64,000 nucleotides of DNA. Origin: Cyanobacteriota bacterium. GTDB lineage: Bacteria; Cyanobacteriota; Cyanobacteriia; Cyanobacteriales; Nostocaceae. Made by a program: the position numbers and the translations under genes. The notes below the pieces were generated by a model that ran no database searches, was not told the DNA's origin, and saw only the letters and a program-made list of their open reading frames with translations. Positions 22,712-31,974 of this stretch are shown here, piece by piece (the stretch's first letter is position 1; each line of letters begins with the position of its first letter). The stretch spans positions 1-64,000 of the forward strand of contig JBJOKS010000020.1 of the NCBI GenBank assembly GCA_046045965.1. Reading direction: 5' to 3'.

Positions 22712-22860
22712 TATGAATATACCTCATCTGGGTTAACCCCCAACTCCCGCAACCGTTCCGCTAAACGTGCGGACTTTTGCTGTTCCTGTTCCAACTGAGA
22801 CGTTAACTGCTGCGTCTTCTCCTCACTATGTAACAACAAATTCTCTTCTGGGCGATCGCC
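22712..22860 (-). pseudogene. C-terminal remnant of a Uma2-family gene
   Basis: PEENLLLHSEEKTQQLTSQLEQEQQKSARLAERLRELGVNPDEV resembles the tail of the Uma2 protein at 53295-54071; no start codon; begins at a HIP1 site. Confidence 0.75.
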
Positions 22861-22926
22861 ATTTTGAAATCTTTCCCAAGCCTGTTTTAATTATTGTGGT
22901 GCAAAATAGTTAATGCCCAATGACCA

Positions 22927-23514
22927 ATGACTAATAACTTTAAGTATATTATTTTTCATAAACCCTATGGGGTCTTAAGTCAATTTACCCAGGAATCTCC
23001 CAATCACATCACCCTGAAAGACTATATTGATGTTCCTGATGTCTATCCTGTGGGGCGTTTAGACTGGGATAGTGAAGGGTTAATGTTGTTAACCAATGAT
23101 GGTAAATTACAACATCGTCTCGCTAACCCCCGCTTTGGACATCAACGCACTTACTGGGTACAAGTAGAACGCATTCCTGATACAGAGGCTATTAATAAAT
23201 TATGCACAGGGGTAGAAATTCAAGATTATCGGACTCGTCCTGCTCAAGTTAAGCTATTTTTAGAAGCACCTGCGGTGAGCGAACGCAACCCCCCGATTAG
23301 ATGTAGAAAAAATATCCCCACAGCTTGGCTGGAAATGACTCTCACCGAAGGGAAAAACCGTCAGGTACGACGCATGACTGCTGCGGTAGGGTTTCCTACT
23401 TTACGATTGATCAGAGTGAGTATTGCCCAGCTACAATTAGATGGTCTACAACTAGGTGAATGGCGCAATCTCACACCCTCAGAAATCACAGGTTTGAAAA
23501 AGTCTCGGATTTAA
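22927..23514 (+). CDS. rluE: rRNA pseudouridine synthase, RluE-like
   Basis: [14 protein letters not shown] and [10 protein letters not shown] motifs; no S4 domain. Confidence 0.85.
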   Translation: MTNNFKYIIFHKPYGVLSQFTQESPNHITLKDYIDVPDVYPVGRLDWDSEGLMLLTNDGKLQHRLANPRFGHQRTYWVQVERIPDTEAINKLCTGVEIQDYRTRPAQVKLFLEAPAVSERNPPIRCRKNIPTAWLEMTLTEGKNRQVRRMTAAVGFPTLRLIRVSIAQLQLDGLQLGEWRNLTPSEITGLKKSRI

Positions 23515-23609
23515 CAGATTTATCACTTAGAAACGTTATATATAATACCAATTGGAAAAATGATAGAGGCAGATATGAATTGTAATGGGAAAATCAAGGA
23601 ATTTCTACT

Positions 23610-25538
23610 ATGCTAATTTGCCCTCACTGTCAATTTGAAAACCCCAATGACAATAAGTTCTGTCAAAGTTGTGGCACGTCTTTAACTCACAGGACTTGTC
23701 ATGAATGTGGGGCTGAAGTTCTTTTAAATACTCAATATTGTCAAGGGTGTGGTGCAGAATGCGGCACAATTTGGTGGGCTATAATTAGCCTAGAAACATC
23801 TGTTCCAGTTTCAGAAGTTGAGGATGAGAAACTTATACAAACTAGAATAAGTAAAAACTCCCATGCACAATTTACTGTCGGCTCATTTTTAGACCGGGGA
23901 CAACGCTATCAATTATTAGAACCCTTACCAGAAGCAGAAGTTATTGCGGCCAATAGGTCGGTTAAAGTTAGGGTTTTAGATTGTCAACCCTTTCATATCT
24001 CACCTATTGAGGCGATGTTGGAAAATCCACCCCAAGGATTAATTGTGCCATCGGTGAGTGTGATTGGTATTCCTAGTTTAGCTCAAGCTTATGTAGCATT
24101 ACAACAGGAAATGCCACCGGCAATACCAGTAATTCACGATGCCTGGCAGCAAGATAATATGCAGGTGGTACTGATTGAAGACCGTTCCCATTGGCAGTTG
24201 TTAATGGATGGGTGGCAAGATTCTACAACTCATCCGTTACAGATTTTACACTGGTGTTATCAGATGATCCAACTGTGGGGAATACTGGAACGGGTAAATT
24301 GTCGTCAAAGTTTGCTGGAGTTATCAAATCTGCGACTGGATGATGACCAAACTCTGGGGTTACAACGGTTGTATCTGGAAACACCTGTTGGTAATTTGCC
24401 GACTGATGTGAATGAGCCTTTAAATATTAAGGCGCTGGGACGGCTTTGGCACAGTTTATGTGTACAGTCTCAACGTACTCATATTGCCTCGGTTGTGCAG
24501 ATGTTGGAAGATTTAGAAGTTGGTAAAATTTCAACTTTAACAGAATTGCGATCGCGGTTGGAGGAAATAGCCACAGAACTACAACCGCCTTTTAACTCTG
24601 ATGCTAGTTATACAGAGGCAAAATATACTTCTGCACCAACTCTGCTGCAAGATGATGATTTGCCAGATCTAGACAGAAATGAAGATGCACCGACTATTAT
24701 CTTGTCAATGCAGTTAAGAAGTGTAGAAGATGCAGGACGCACTGATGTCGGTCGCAAACGTGAACACAACGAAGACTATTTTGGCATTGACACGAAACAG
24801 CAAAAGCTGGAATTACCTAGAAGTCGCAATTTACAAGCTCGCGGTTTGTATATTCTCTGTGATGGGATGGGGGGACACGCTGGAGGTGAAGTGGCCAGTG
24901 AGTTGGCTGTAACTACTCTGCGACAATACTTTCAAGAAAAGTGGGTTTCCCAGGAATTACCAACGGCTGAAGTGATCCAAGAAGCTGTATTTTTAGCTAA
25001 TCAAACGATTTACAATCTCAATCAAAAAGGCCTACGTTCTGGTGTTGGACGCATGGGTACGACTTTGGTGATGTTATTAATGCAAAACACTAAGTTAGCA
25101 GTAGCTCATGTGGGAGATAGTCGTCTTTATCGTGTTACACGCAAAGGAGGATTAGAACAAATAACTGTAGATCACGAAGTTGGCCAACGGGAAATTGCTA
25201 AAGGTGTAGATGCCACTATAGCTTATGCCCGGCCAGATGCCTACCAACTTACTCAAGCTTTGGGTCCACGGGATACAAATTTTGTGCATCCTGATGTTAG
25301 TTTCTTTGAAATTCGTGAAGATACTCTACTGTTGTTAGTTTCGGATGGTCTATCAGATAATGATTTATTAGAAACTAATTGGCAGACTCACCTAGCACCG
25401 TTGCTGAGTTCTGGCACAAATCTGGAATTGGGTCTCAGCGATTTGGTTGATTTGGCAAATGAACACAATGGTCACGATAATATTACTGGTATACTGATTC
25501 GGGTTAAGGTTTCTCCTCATCAGCAAAATTGGCGTTAA
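23610..25538 (+). CDS. PP2C-type Ser/Thr phosphatase with N-terminal double zinc ribbon and kinase-like middle region
   Basis: Four CxxC pairs; NED, CDGMGGH, HVGDSR, SDGL and GHDNIT motifs. Confidence 0.92.
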   Translation: MLICPHCQFENPNDNKFCQSCGTSLTHRTCHECGAEVLLNTQYCQGCGAECGTIWWAIISLETSVPVSEVEDEKLIQTRISKNSHAQFTVGSFLDRGQRYQLLEPLPEAEVIAANRSVKVRVLDCQPFHISPIEAMLENPPQGLIVPSVSVIGIPSLAQAYVALQQEMPPAIPVIHDAWQQDNMQVVLIEDRSHWQLLMDGWQDSTTHPLQILHWCYQMIQLWGILERVNCRQSLLELSNLRLDDDQTLGLQRLYLETPVGNLPTDVNEPLNIKALGRLWHSLCVQSQRTHIASVVQMLEDLEVGKISTLTELRSRLEEIATELQPPFNSDASYTEAKYTSAPTLLQDDDLPDLDRNEDAPTIILSMQLRSVEDAGRTDVGRKREHNEDYFGIDTKQQKLELPRSRNLQARGLYILCDGMGGHAGGEVASELAVTTLRQYFQEKWVSQELPTAEVIQEAVFLANQTIYNLNQKGLRSGVGRMGTTLVMLLMQNTKLAVAHVGDSRLYRVTRKGGLEQITVDHEVGQREIAKGVDATIAYARPDAYQLTQALGPRDTNFVHPDVSFFEIREDTLLLLVSDGLSDNDLLETNWQTHLAPLLSSGTNLELGLSDLVDLANEHNGHDNITGILIRVKVSPHQQNWR

Positions 25539-25685
25539 AATGGTTATTGTTGGTATACTTAGTAATATTACTAATTACTAATTAAAAATTAAAAATGGGC
25601 TTGCCGCCCATACCTTTACGGTAACTTCTGGTTTCTGATAGATAATGAGTTATGAATTATCAATTATGAATTATCAATTGTTATT

Positions 25686-26930
25686 GTGGTTACTCTGACC
25701 CTGTTAGACGCTCAACATAAAACGCCGCTTAAACAGTGGTGTTTTGAGGGTTCCTCCGTGATTCGCATTGGTCGAGCGGTGGATAATCACGTTGTGTTAA
25801 ATGATAGTTTAGTTTCTCGGTATCATCTAGAGCTTAAACAATTGAGTGCTGGTAGCAAGGGCGAGGCTTGGCAGGTAATTAGTCAAGGGACTAATGGTAC
25901 TTTTCTCAATGGTGTTCTGGTTAGTAAAAGCACATTACCGGATAGTTCTCTGCTGCAACTAGCACAGGGAGGACCTGTACTCAGATTCCAACTTCAGGAT
26001 ATACCGGAACCGACTGCTTTGCCTTGGCAACCAATACCCCAGGAAACGCAAAAGTTCTCGGCTTCGACTTGCAACCATGAAGGAAATTCCCCTAATAATA
26101 TATTTTGTGTTCACTGTGGTCAACCTCTGAATGTGATCCAGCGAATTCGTCATTATCAGGTTTTACGCACTCTGGGACAGGGAGGAATGGGTACTACTTA
26201 CCTGGCTTGGGATGCTACGGGTTTGAGTACGGGAGTACCGCAATTGTTGGTGTTAAAGCAAATGAATGCTGATATGGCGAGAATTGCTAAGGCTCAGGAG
26301 TTATTTGAACGGGAGGCGAATACTCTGAAATCTCTTCATTATCCGGGTATTCCTAAGTATTATGATTTCTTTGTCGAAGGTGGCAAAAAATACTTGGCAA
26401 TGGAGTTAATTCACGGACAGGATTTGGAAAAACGGATATATAATAGTGGACCTGTGACGGCTAATCAGGCGATCGCTTGGATGATTCAAACTTGTGATAT
26501 TTTAGATTATCTCCATAACCAAGATCAGCCTCTGATTCACCGGGATATTAAACCAGCTAATCTGATGGTGAGGAATGCTAATAATCGCATTGTGGTGTTA
26601 GATTTTGGTGCTGTTAAGGAAACTGGAACTGCACCAGGTACAAGAATTGGTGCTGAAGGTTATTGCGCTCCTGAACAGGAACGAGGACAACCCTTGACAC
26701 AATCGGATTTGTATGCTATTGGTCCAACGCTGATTTTTTTGCTGACGGGGGAAAATCCGTTGAAATTTTTCCGCCAAAGGGGACGCGGTTTTTGCTTTGA
26801 TGTTAAAAGTGTACCTACGATTACTCCCCAACTGAGAGAAGTTATTGAGCGGGTGACGGAACCTCTACCGCGCGATCGCTTTCAAAGTGCTAAGGAGTTG
26901 GCTAAGGCTTTAATTTCAGCTACCAGCTAG
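25686..26930 (+). CDS. FHA-domain Ser/Thr protein kinase
   Basis: IGR, SRYH and TNGT FHA motifs; GQGGMG, HRDIKPAN, DFG and APE kinase motifs. Confidence 0.95.
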   Translation: MVTLTLLDAQHKTPLKQWCFEGSSVIRIGRAVDNHVVLNDSLVSRYHLELKQLSAGSKGEAWQVISQGTNGTFLNGVLVSKSTLPDSSLLQLAQGGPVLRFQLQDIPEPTALPWQPIPQETQKFSASTCNHEGNSPNNIFCVHCGQPLNVIQRIRHYQVLRTLGQGGMGTTYLAWDATGLSTGVPQLLVLKQMNADMARIAKAQELFEREANTLKSLHYPGIPKYYDFFVEGGKKYLAMELIHGQDLEKRIYNSGPVTANQAIAWMIQTCDILDYLHNQDQPLIHRDIKPANLMVRNANNRIVVLDFGAVKETGTAPGTRIGAEGYCAPEQERGQPLTQSDLYAIGPTLIFLLTGENPLKFFRQRGRGFCFDVKSVPTITPQLREVIERVTEPLPRDRFQSAKELAKALISATS

Positions 26931-27000
26931 AAGGGGTATTAGGGGTAATGGGTAATGGGTAATTAGTAAAAATCTTTTCCCAGTCCCCAGTCCCCAGTAC

Positions 27001-27219
27001 CTAATCTTCGTCCCAGGTTTCTACTGCTAACAGATCACCAATGGGATCTTGCATAGTAAAACCAAAGTCTAGCAGTTCCTGTTTCCAGTGTTGCCACTCA
27101 TTGCCATAGAGGAAGGCAATTTTCCAGATGCTATCGGTGGGCTTGATAATATTCGATTCTACGAGTGATTGCACGTTACGCTGCAATTTCACCATAGGGT
27201 GAATTACTTGCTGAGTCAT
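27001..27219 (-). CDS. DUF4327 family protein
   Basis: HPMVKLQRNVQSLV, W.HWKQEL..F and WDED segments. Confidence 0.8.
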   Translation of the reverse strand: MTQQVIHPMVKLQRNVQSLVESNIIKPTDSIWKIAFLYGNEWQHWKQELLDFGFTMQDPIGDLLAVETWDED

Positions 27220-27655
27220 AACCTCGATGTAGTTAAGATTTTATTTGGGTAAATGCTTAGTTAAAACAGCTTTCCGGTTGGCAATGATTACTGGTGCGTG
27301 AGTCCCTATAGCTGGGCAAAGCTAGTCTTAACTTTTTGAGTATACCATAACTTATTCTGTTCAGTTGATAGAAATTGGTTTTTGTACGGTAATCACGACC
27401 AGCGACGGCTAATTATACAGATTGTGCAGAGTCATGTGATCTTTTCTGCGGGGTTGTGGGTATTCTCATTCTTAGGAGAGGAAGATTGCTGTTTTCAGGT
27501 TTACAGCAGCAATTATTGATACATTGCAAGTGCAGGAAGTCAGTACCTAGAGAAACGTCGTCAGCAAATCCAAAGAAAGCAAAGAATTGTTACATATATT
27601 TCTTTATGCGGTTTTGGTGGTTCTATGTCATTTGGGAGGATAATCAGGGAGCGAT

Positions 27656-27676
27656 ACCTACGGTGAGCTACGCTCA
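27656..27676. mobile_element. Second 21-nt SDR5-type insertion in a HIP1 site (intergenic)
   Basis: GCGAT|ACCTACGGTGAGCTACGCTCA|CGC. Confidence 0.8.
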
Positions 27677-27934
27677 CGCTCTTTTGGAGAGGTTAATTAA
27701 GTTACATCCTGATAGACAGGATGATCAGACTGTGTTGGGGGATGCGAGGAAGCGGTAATCTAGATTAGATTATAAATTTGTTTGCTAGAAATAATATTAA
27801 CATAACATTAAAAAATGTAGGAATATGCCAGAAACTGTGTGTTAAAGGTTTAGAGGATTTTTATAAACAGGTTGTTATAAACAAGTTGTAGAAACTTAGT
27901 TAATAATTAACTTTTTCAGCAAATACAAGAACAG

Positions 27935-28396
27935 TTATTGTTTAGGATACCAATTATCATCTAGCAATTGTTCTAAGGCATAAGGGCAACTGGGAGGAAA
28001 TACATTTTTAGATAATCCTGTTTTTGTACTGAAAATTTTAACCGCAACATTGTAAATATTATCTAACTCTTGAGATAGCTTATTTTTCAATGTCGTGGTT
28101 AAGCTATTGTTTAAATCATCTCTAAAAGCAATTATTTCACCCTGCCAATGCCGATAATTGCGTTCATATTCTTCCTGCCAATATTCTAACAATAAAATAT
28201 GAATTATAATCTGTTTTAAAAGACTTCTAACTTTGTTTACATCATTTCTTCCCAAACTCTCTAACTCCTCAATCAAATTATCTATGTCTAAATTTTCTAA
28301 GTTTTTGGTTTTTAGAAGTTTAATGGTTTCTTCTAACCAGAGATAATCGTCAATTTCATACAGTTTTTGTAGTTGGTTTTGTGTGATGTTTATCAT
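27935..28396 (-). CDS. DUF29 family protein
   Basis: LYEIDDYLW, NLIEELESLG and CPY.LEQLLD motifs. Confidence 0.9.
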   Translation of the reverse strand: MINITQNQLQKLYEIDDYLWLEETIKLLKTKNLENLDIDNLIEELESLGRNDVNKVRSLLKQIIIHILLLEYWQEEYERNYRHWQGEIIAFRDDLNNSLTTTLKNKLSQELDNIYNVAVKIFSTKTGLSKNVFPPSCPYALEQLLDDNWYPKQ

Positions 28397-28496
28397 AATT
28401 ACAATCTTTTTTTTGTTAGTGGTTATAGCTGTTCATAATGCCATATAGGAATCCTATATATTTTTTATTTACCTGTAGTTTACAGATGAACATAAT

Positions 28497-28880
28497 TTAA
28501 GTCGGTTGATTTAAATATTGATCGGTGAAATTTAGCATTTCTTCAGCTTGAACTATCAATTTATCAGCATCTTCCTTGTTTAAATTAGGGTTAACATCAT
28601 AATCACCCCTATTTCTTTGATCTTGAGCATCAATGAGATAACGATGATATTTCTTGGGAATTTTATTAGTTTTTACTAAGTATTTACCTAAAGCAGAAAT
28701 TACAGCAGCATGACTAGAATAAGATAAATTTTCATTTAATAACAAAGCTTCTGCTAAATAAAACATACTATAATAACATCTAGAAACTGCAAATTCAGGA
28801 TAATTTTGGTTATTCAAATCTCTAGCAGCATTTAAGCTCCTTTCTGCCTTAATTAATAAATATTTCTGTTCATCATTCAT
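28497..28880 (-). CDS. HEPN domain protein (toxin)
   Basis: AVSRCYYSMF, SSH and RNRGDY motifs; 4-bp overlap with the MNT gene. Confidence 0.9.
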   Translation of the reverse strand: MNDEQKYLLIKAERSLNAARDLNNQNYPEFAVSRCYYSMFYLAEALLLNENLSYSSHAAVISALGKYLVKTNKIPKKYHRYLIDAQDQRNRGDYDVNPNLNKEDADKLIVQAEEMLNFTDQYLNQPT

Positions 28881-29200
28881 AAAATCACTCCCTCCTTTCT
28901 CACATTCAGGAAAAAAGGAGTATTTTTAGAGTTGAAATCTTTAGTTTCAGCAAAAACGCGAGAAATAACCAAATCAAATTCTAAGGATAATTCAGAAATA
29001 AAAACACTTGTTTTTTCAATTTCCTGAGAATAGTTAAACGGTTCTTTTAATACAATTAAAATATCTACATCAGAATCAGCATGATGATTACCTCTAGCAC
29101 GAGAACCAAACAAGATAACTTTATCTAAATTATCTTGATAGGTTGTTTGGAGGAATGTTTTAACTTTCGCTAAAATTTGATTTACTGTTAGTGTTTCCAT
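28877..29200 (-). CDS. Minimal nucleotidyltransferase (MNT antitoxin)
   Basis: LFGSRARG and DSDVD motifs. Confidence 0.92.
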   Translation of the reverse strand: METLTVNQILAKVKTFLQTTYQDNLDKVILFGSRARGNHHADSDVDILIVLKEPFNYSQEIEKTSVFISELSLEFDLVISRVFAETKDFNSKNTPFFLNVRKEGVIL

Positions 29201-29207
29201 ATTTTGA

Positions 29208-29420
29208 TTATTTCCATTCTTTCTGGTAATCTTCCCAGGATATTGTACCGTTTACCTTTGCGTCTTCTAATTCAGCAACCGCATCTGCGATATCCTCAGC
29301 ATCTTCACGTTCAGAAATATTTAACAGTTCTAAAACATCTTCTAGTGTGTCTTCATAAACTTGTTCTAGTCGTTCATAAATTGCTTTCAATAAAGCTTGT
29401 TTTCTACTTGTGGTTTCCAT
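29208..29420 (-). CDS. Orphan antitoxin-like small protein
   Basis: Acidic 70 aa ending in GTISWEDY, typical of RelB-like partners. Confidence 0.6.
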   Translation of the reverse strand: METTSRKQALLKAIYERLEQVYEDTLEDVLELLNISEREDAEDIADAVAELEDAKVNGTISWEDYQKEWK

Positions 29421-29536
29421 TTTTAAACCTATTCTTCATGGTAAAATATTACAGAGATGGTAATTTTCTCCTTATCTACCTCATTATAATCAAATTTCCT
29501 AAAAATGTTGGGTTTCCCTACGTCAACCCAACCTAC

Positions 29537-29667
29537 TAAGTAGGTAGGCGTTAAAAATTGTCTTTATGACAAGGCAGGAGGCAGGAGGCAGCTATGCTGG
29601 AGGGAAGAGGTTTTTAGCAATTTTACATTTTTTTACATACCTTGGTTTTTTCGTGCCGACTTACTTA
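29537..29667. mobile_element. MITE of about 131 bp
   Basis: Imperfect terminal inverted repeats TAAGTAGGTAGGCGTTAAAAA / TTTTTTCGTGCCGACTTACTTA with internal GGCAGGA heptamers; non-coding. Confidence 0.7.
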
Positions 29668-29668
29668 T

Positions 29669-31867
29669 CTATTTTTTACTATCAATATATATTTCCCACA
29701 TTTGTAAATAAGCATTTTCCATTTCCCGCGCAAATTTCTTACCATTCCATAGGGGTGATGTATGTCTTGATTTTCTCAATTTCCATACTATTTCTTTTCT
29801 TAAATTCTCATCCTTACCCAACCGTACACCCCATTCTACATACTCTTCATCACTCCAAGCTATACCTTCAGTTACACCCACATTCATCATCATTGTATAA
29901 CTATTACGAGCTGCAAATTGTTCCCCCACTCTGGTAACTAATGGTATTCCCATCCATAATGTTTCTAGGGTTGTGGTTGCACCGTTGTAGGGATAGGTAT
30001 CTAAAACAATATCAGCAATCAGTAAATTAGCACGATGTTCTTCACCTGTGGGTGCAGAAGGTAAAAATCTTAACTGTTTTAAATCAACTCCTTCTGCTTC
30101 CGCAATAGGATTAATAAAATTTTCTAAATCTTCATTGTTAGCTCGAAAACTTTTGAGAACAAAATAACTATTAGGAACTTGTTTAATAATTCGCATTTGT
30201 AAGCGAATATTATCAGGATTACGTTTTAATCCGGTTTGGGAACTAAAATAAATAATTCCATCATCAGGAATATCTAAAGCTTCTCTACTAATAGTTGGTG
30301 TTCCTACAGTAAAACCATCAACACCTATATAATTTTCTGGGAGTCGCCAAATCTTTTCCGTATAATATTCCTGTGCTGATTCTGGTAATACATAGTTATC
30401 AGCAATAAAATAATCAACTGTGGGAAAACCAGTAGCATCAAAACCTAACCAACTAACTTGTATTGGTGCTGGTTTCATAGTTAAAACAACACAGTTAGAA
30501 TAGGAAGTCAAACTATCTAAATCAACTAAAATATCTATTTTATCTTCGTTAATTTTATCTGTAACTGTGAATATCGGTAGAGAACCCTGATGAAATTTAT
30601 CCCCAAATTCATTTTTATACTTTTCTTGTAATGTATCGTCAGAAACATCGCTTAATGAATATAAGTGAATATCAAATTTTTCATGATTATGATATTTCAA
30701 TAACCACCAGACTAAAAAACCAACAGAATGAATACGAAAACATTTTGATATATAACCTATTCTTAAAGGACGCTCATTTAAAGATAGATCGCGTAAATTA
30801 AAACTTTGTTGATATTTGATGATATTTTCAGAAAAATGTTTTTCCAGAAATTGTTGACATAAAGCCGCTAATTCATTACGAATTAATCTATTTTCATTGG
30901 GATTATCTTCCATGTACAGTAAAAAAGCACCGATGGGCAAAGTTTGGATTAAAATTTCTTTTTCTCTTTTACTATCAATCAGATCAACTAAAAGTTTTTT
31001 ATGTTGTTGGTAAACTTGAACTGCTTTATCTGCATTTTCAAAAGACATTAAAAATGCTTCAATTAAAAAGCTAGTACCCATAATTTTATCAATTGGGTCT
31101 TGAGCAAGTTCTAAATATTTGTTTATCCAATAGATAGATTCTTTAACATAATCTCCTCCTAATTTTAGTAGAGGGGTAATCAATTTTCTGATATAATCTA
31201 TATTATTAGGTTCTAACTGGATGGCAATTTTCGCTAAATAAATAGAGGTACGGTAGTAGAAAAAATGAACATAAGCATCGGCCTTATCTGTCAATAATTT
31301 AATAATGGTTTGAGAATTTAATAAGTAAGGGATAAATGCTTCTACCAGTTTATCAATAAAAGCAGGTATATTACTAGGATTAGGTTGAACTATTTTTTCA
31401 ATAATTAAAACTAATAAATTTTCATCAAATACAGGGTTTTCTGTTAGTTGAGATAGAATTTCAATTAATTGATGAACATGATTTTCTAAATCTTGAATTT
31501 TTAGATCAATATCTAGCTCGATGATTTTTAAAAGATTATTAATATCTTCTGGTATAAATTCTCTCAGATGTTGACGAATTGCCCAAGCTATTTGATAATT
31601 AGAATTTACTTCCTGTTGTTGAGCAGCAGTTAATAAAATTCCCGTTAGTTCTGATAACCATTGTTCTGATTCTGCTTCTCCAAATTCTAAAAATGGAGTC
31701 ATCCATGTTATTTGTGCTTCTTCTTCTCTACCCTCTAGCAACAAAGCTAATCCTAAATACCAATAATTAATAACTTCTGCGGGATTTTCATGAATATTTT
31801 GTTCATATTCTGGGATACTTAATAAGCTCGTAATTACAGAAATTTGATTATTTAACTGATTAGTCAT
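29669..31867 (-). CDS. GT41 O-GlcNAc transferase/SPINDLY family protein (copy 2)
   Basis: LRIGY, HSVG, APIQVSWLG and LDTYPYNGATTT.E.LWMG motifs. Confidence 0.92.
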   Translation of the reverse strand: MTNQLNNQISVITSLLSIPEYEQNIHENPAEVINYWYLGLALLLEGREEEAQITWMTPFLEFGEAESEQWLSELTGILLTAAQQQEVNSNYQIAWAIRQHLREFIPEDINNLLKIIELDIDLKIQDLENHVHQLIEILSQLTENPVFDENLLVLIIEKIVQPNPSNIPAFIDKLVEAFIPYLLNSQTIIKLLTDKADAYVHFFYYRTSIYLAKIAIQLEPNNIDYIRKLITPLLKLGGDYVKESIYWINKYLELAQDPIDKIMGTSFLIEAFLMSFENADKAVQVYQQHKKLLVDLIDSKREKEILIQTLPIGAFLLYMEDNPNENRLIRNELAALCQQFLEKHFSENIIKYQQSFNLRDLSLNERPLRIGYISKCFRIHSVGFLVWWLLKYHNHEKFDIHLYSLSDVSDDTLQEKYKNEFGDKFHQGSLPIFTVTDKINEDKIDILVDLDSLTSYSNCVVLTMKPAPIQVSWLGFDATGFPTVDYFIADNYVLPESAQEYYTEKIWRLPENYIGVDGFTVGTPTISREALDIPDDGIIYFSSQTGLKRNPDNIRLQMRIIKQVPNSYFVLKSFRANNEDLENFINPIAEAEGVDLKQLRFLPSAPTGEEHRANLLIADIVLDTYPYNGATTTLETLWMGIPLVTRVGEQFAARNSYTMMMNVGVTEGIAWSDEEYVEWGVRLGKDENLRKEIVWKLRKSRHTSPLWNGKKFAREMENAYLQMWEIYIDSKK

Positions 31868-31974
31868 GATGGAAAACCTGGAAATTTTGTAAAATTTTAT
31901 GAGATTGTATTATTTAAAATTAAAAATCCTAACTTTAAACTTGTTTTGATTAGCACTAAAATCCTCAGTACGTA

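Noticed and set aside
27456..27758. 100-aa ORF in the long intergenic region
   Set aside because: No recognisable motifs, spans an SDR insertion, weak start; probably promoter DNA of the DUF4327 gene
29566..29937. Plus-strand ORFs 29566-29937 and 32058-32240 that resemble each other
   Set aside because: Antisense shadows of the duplicated GT41 3' ends
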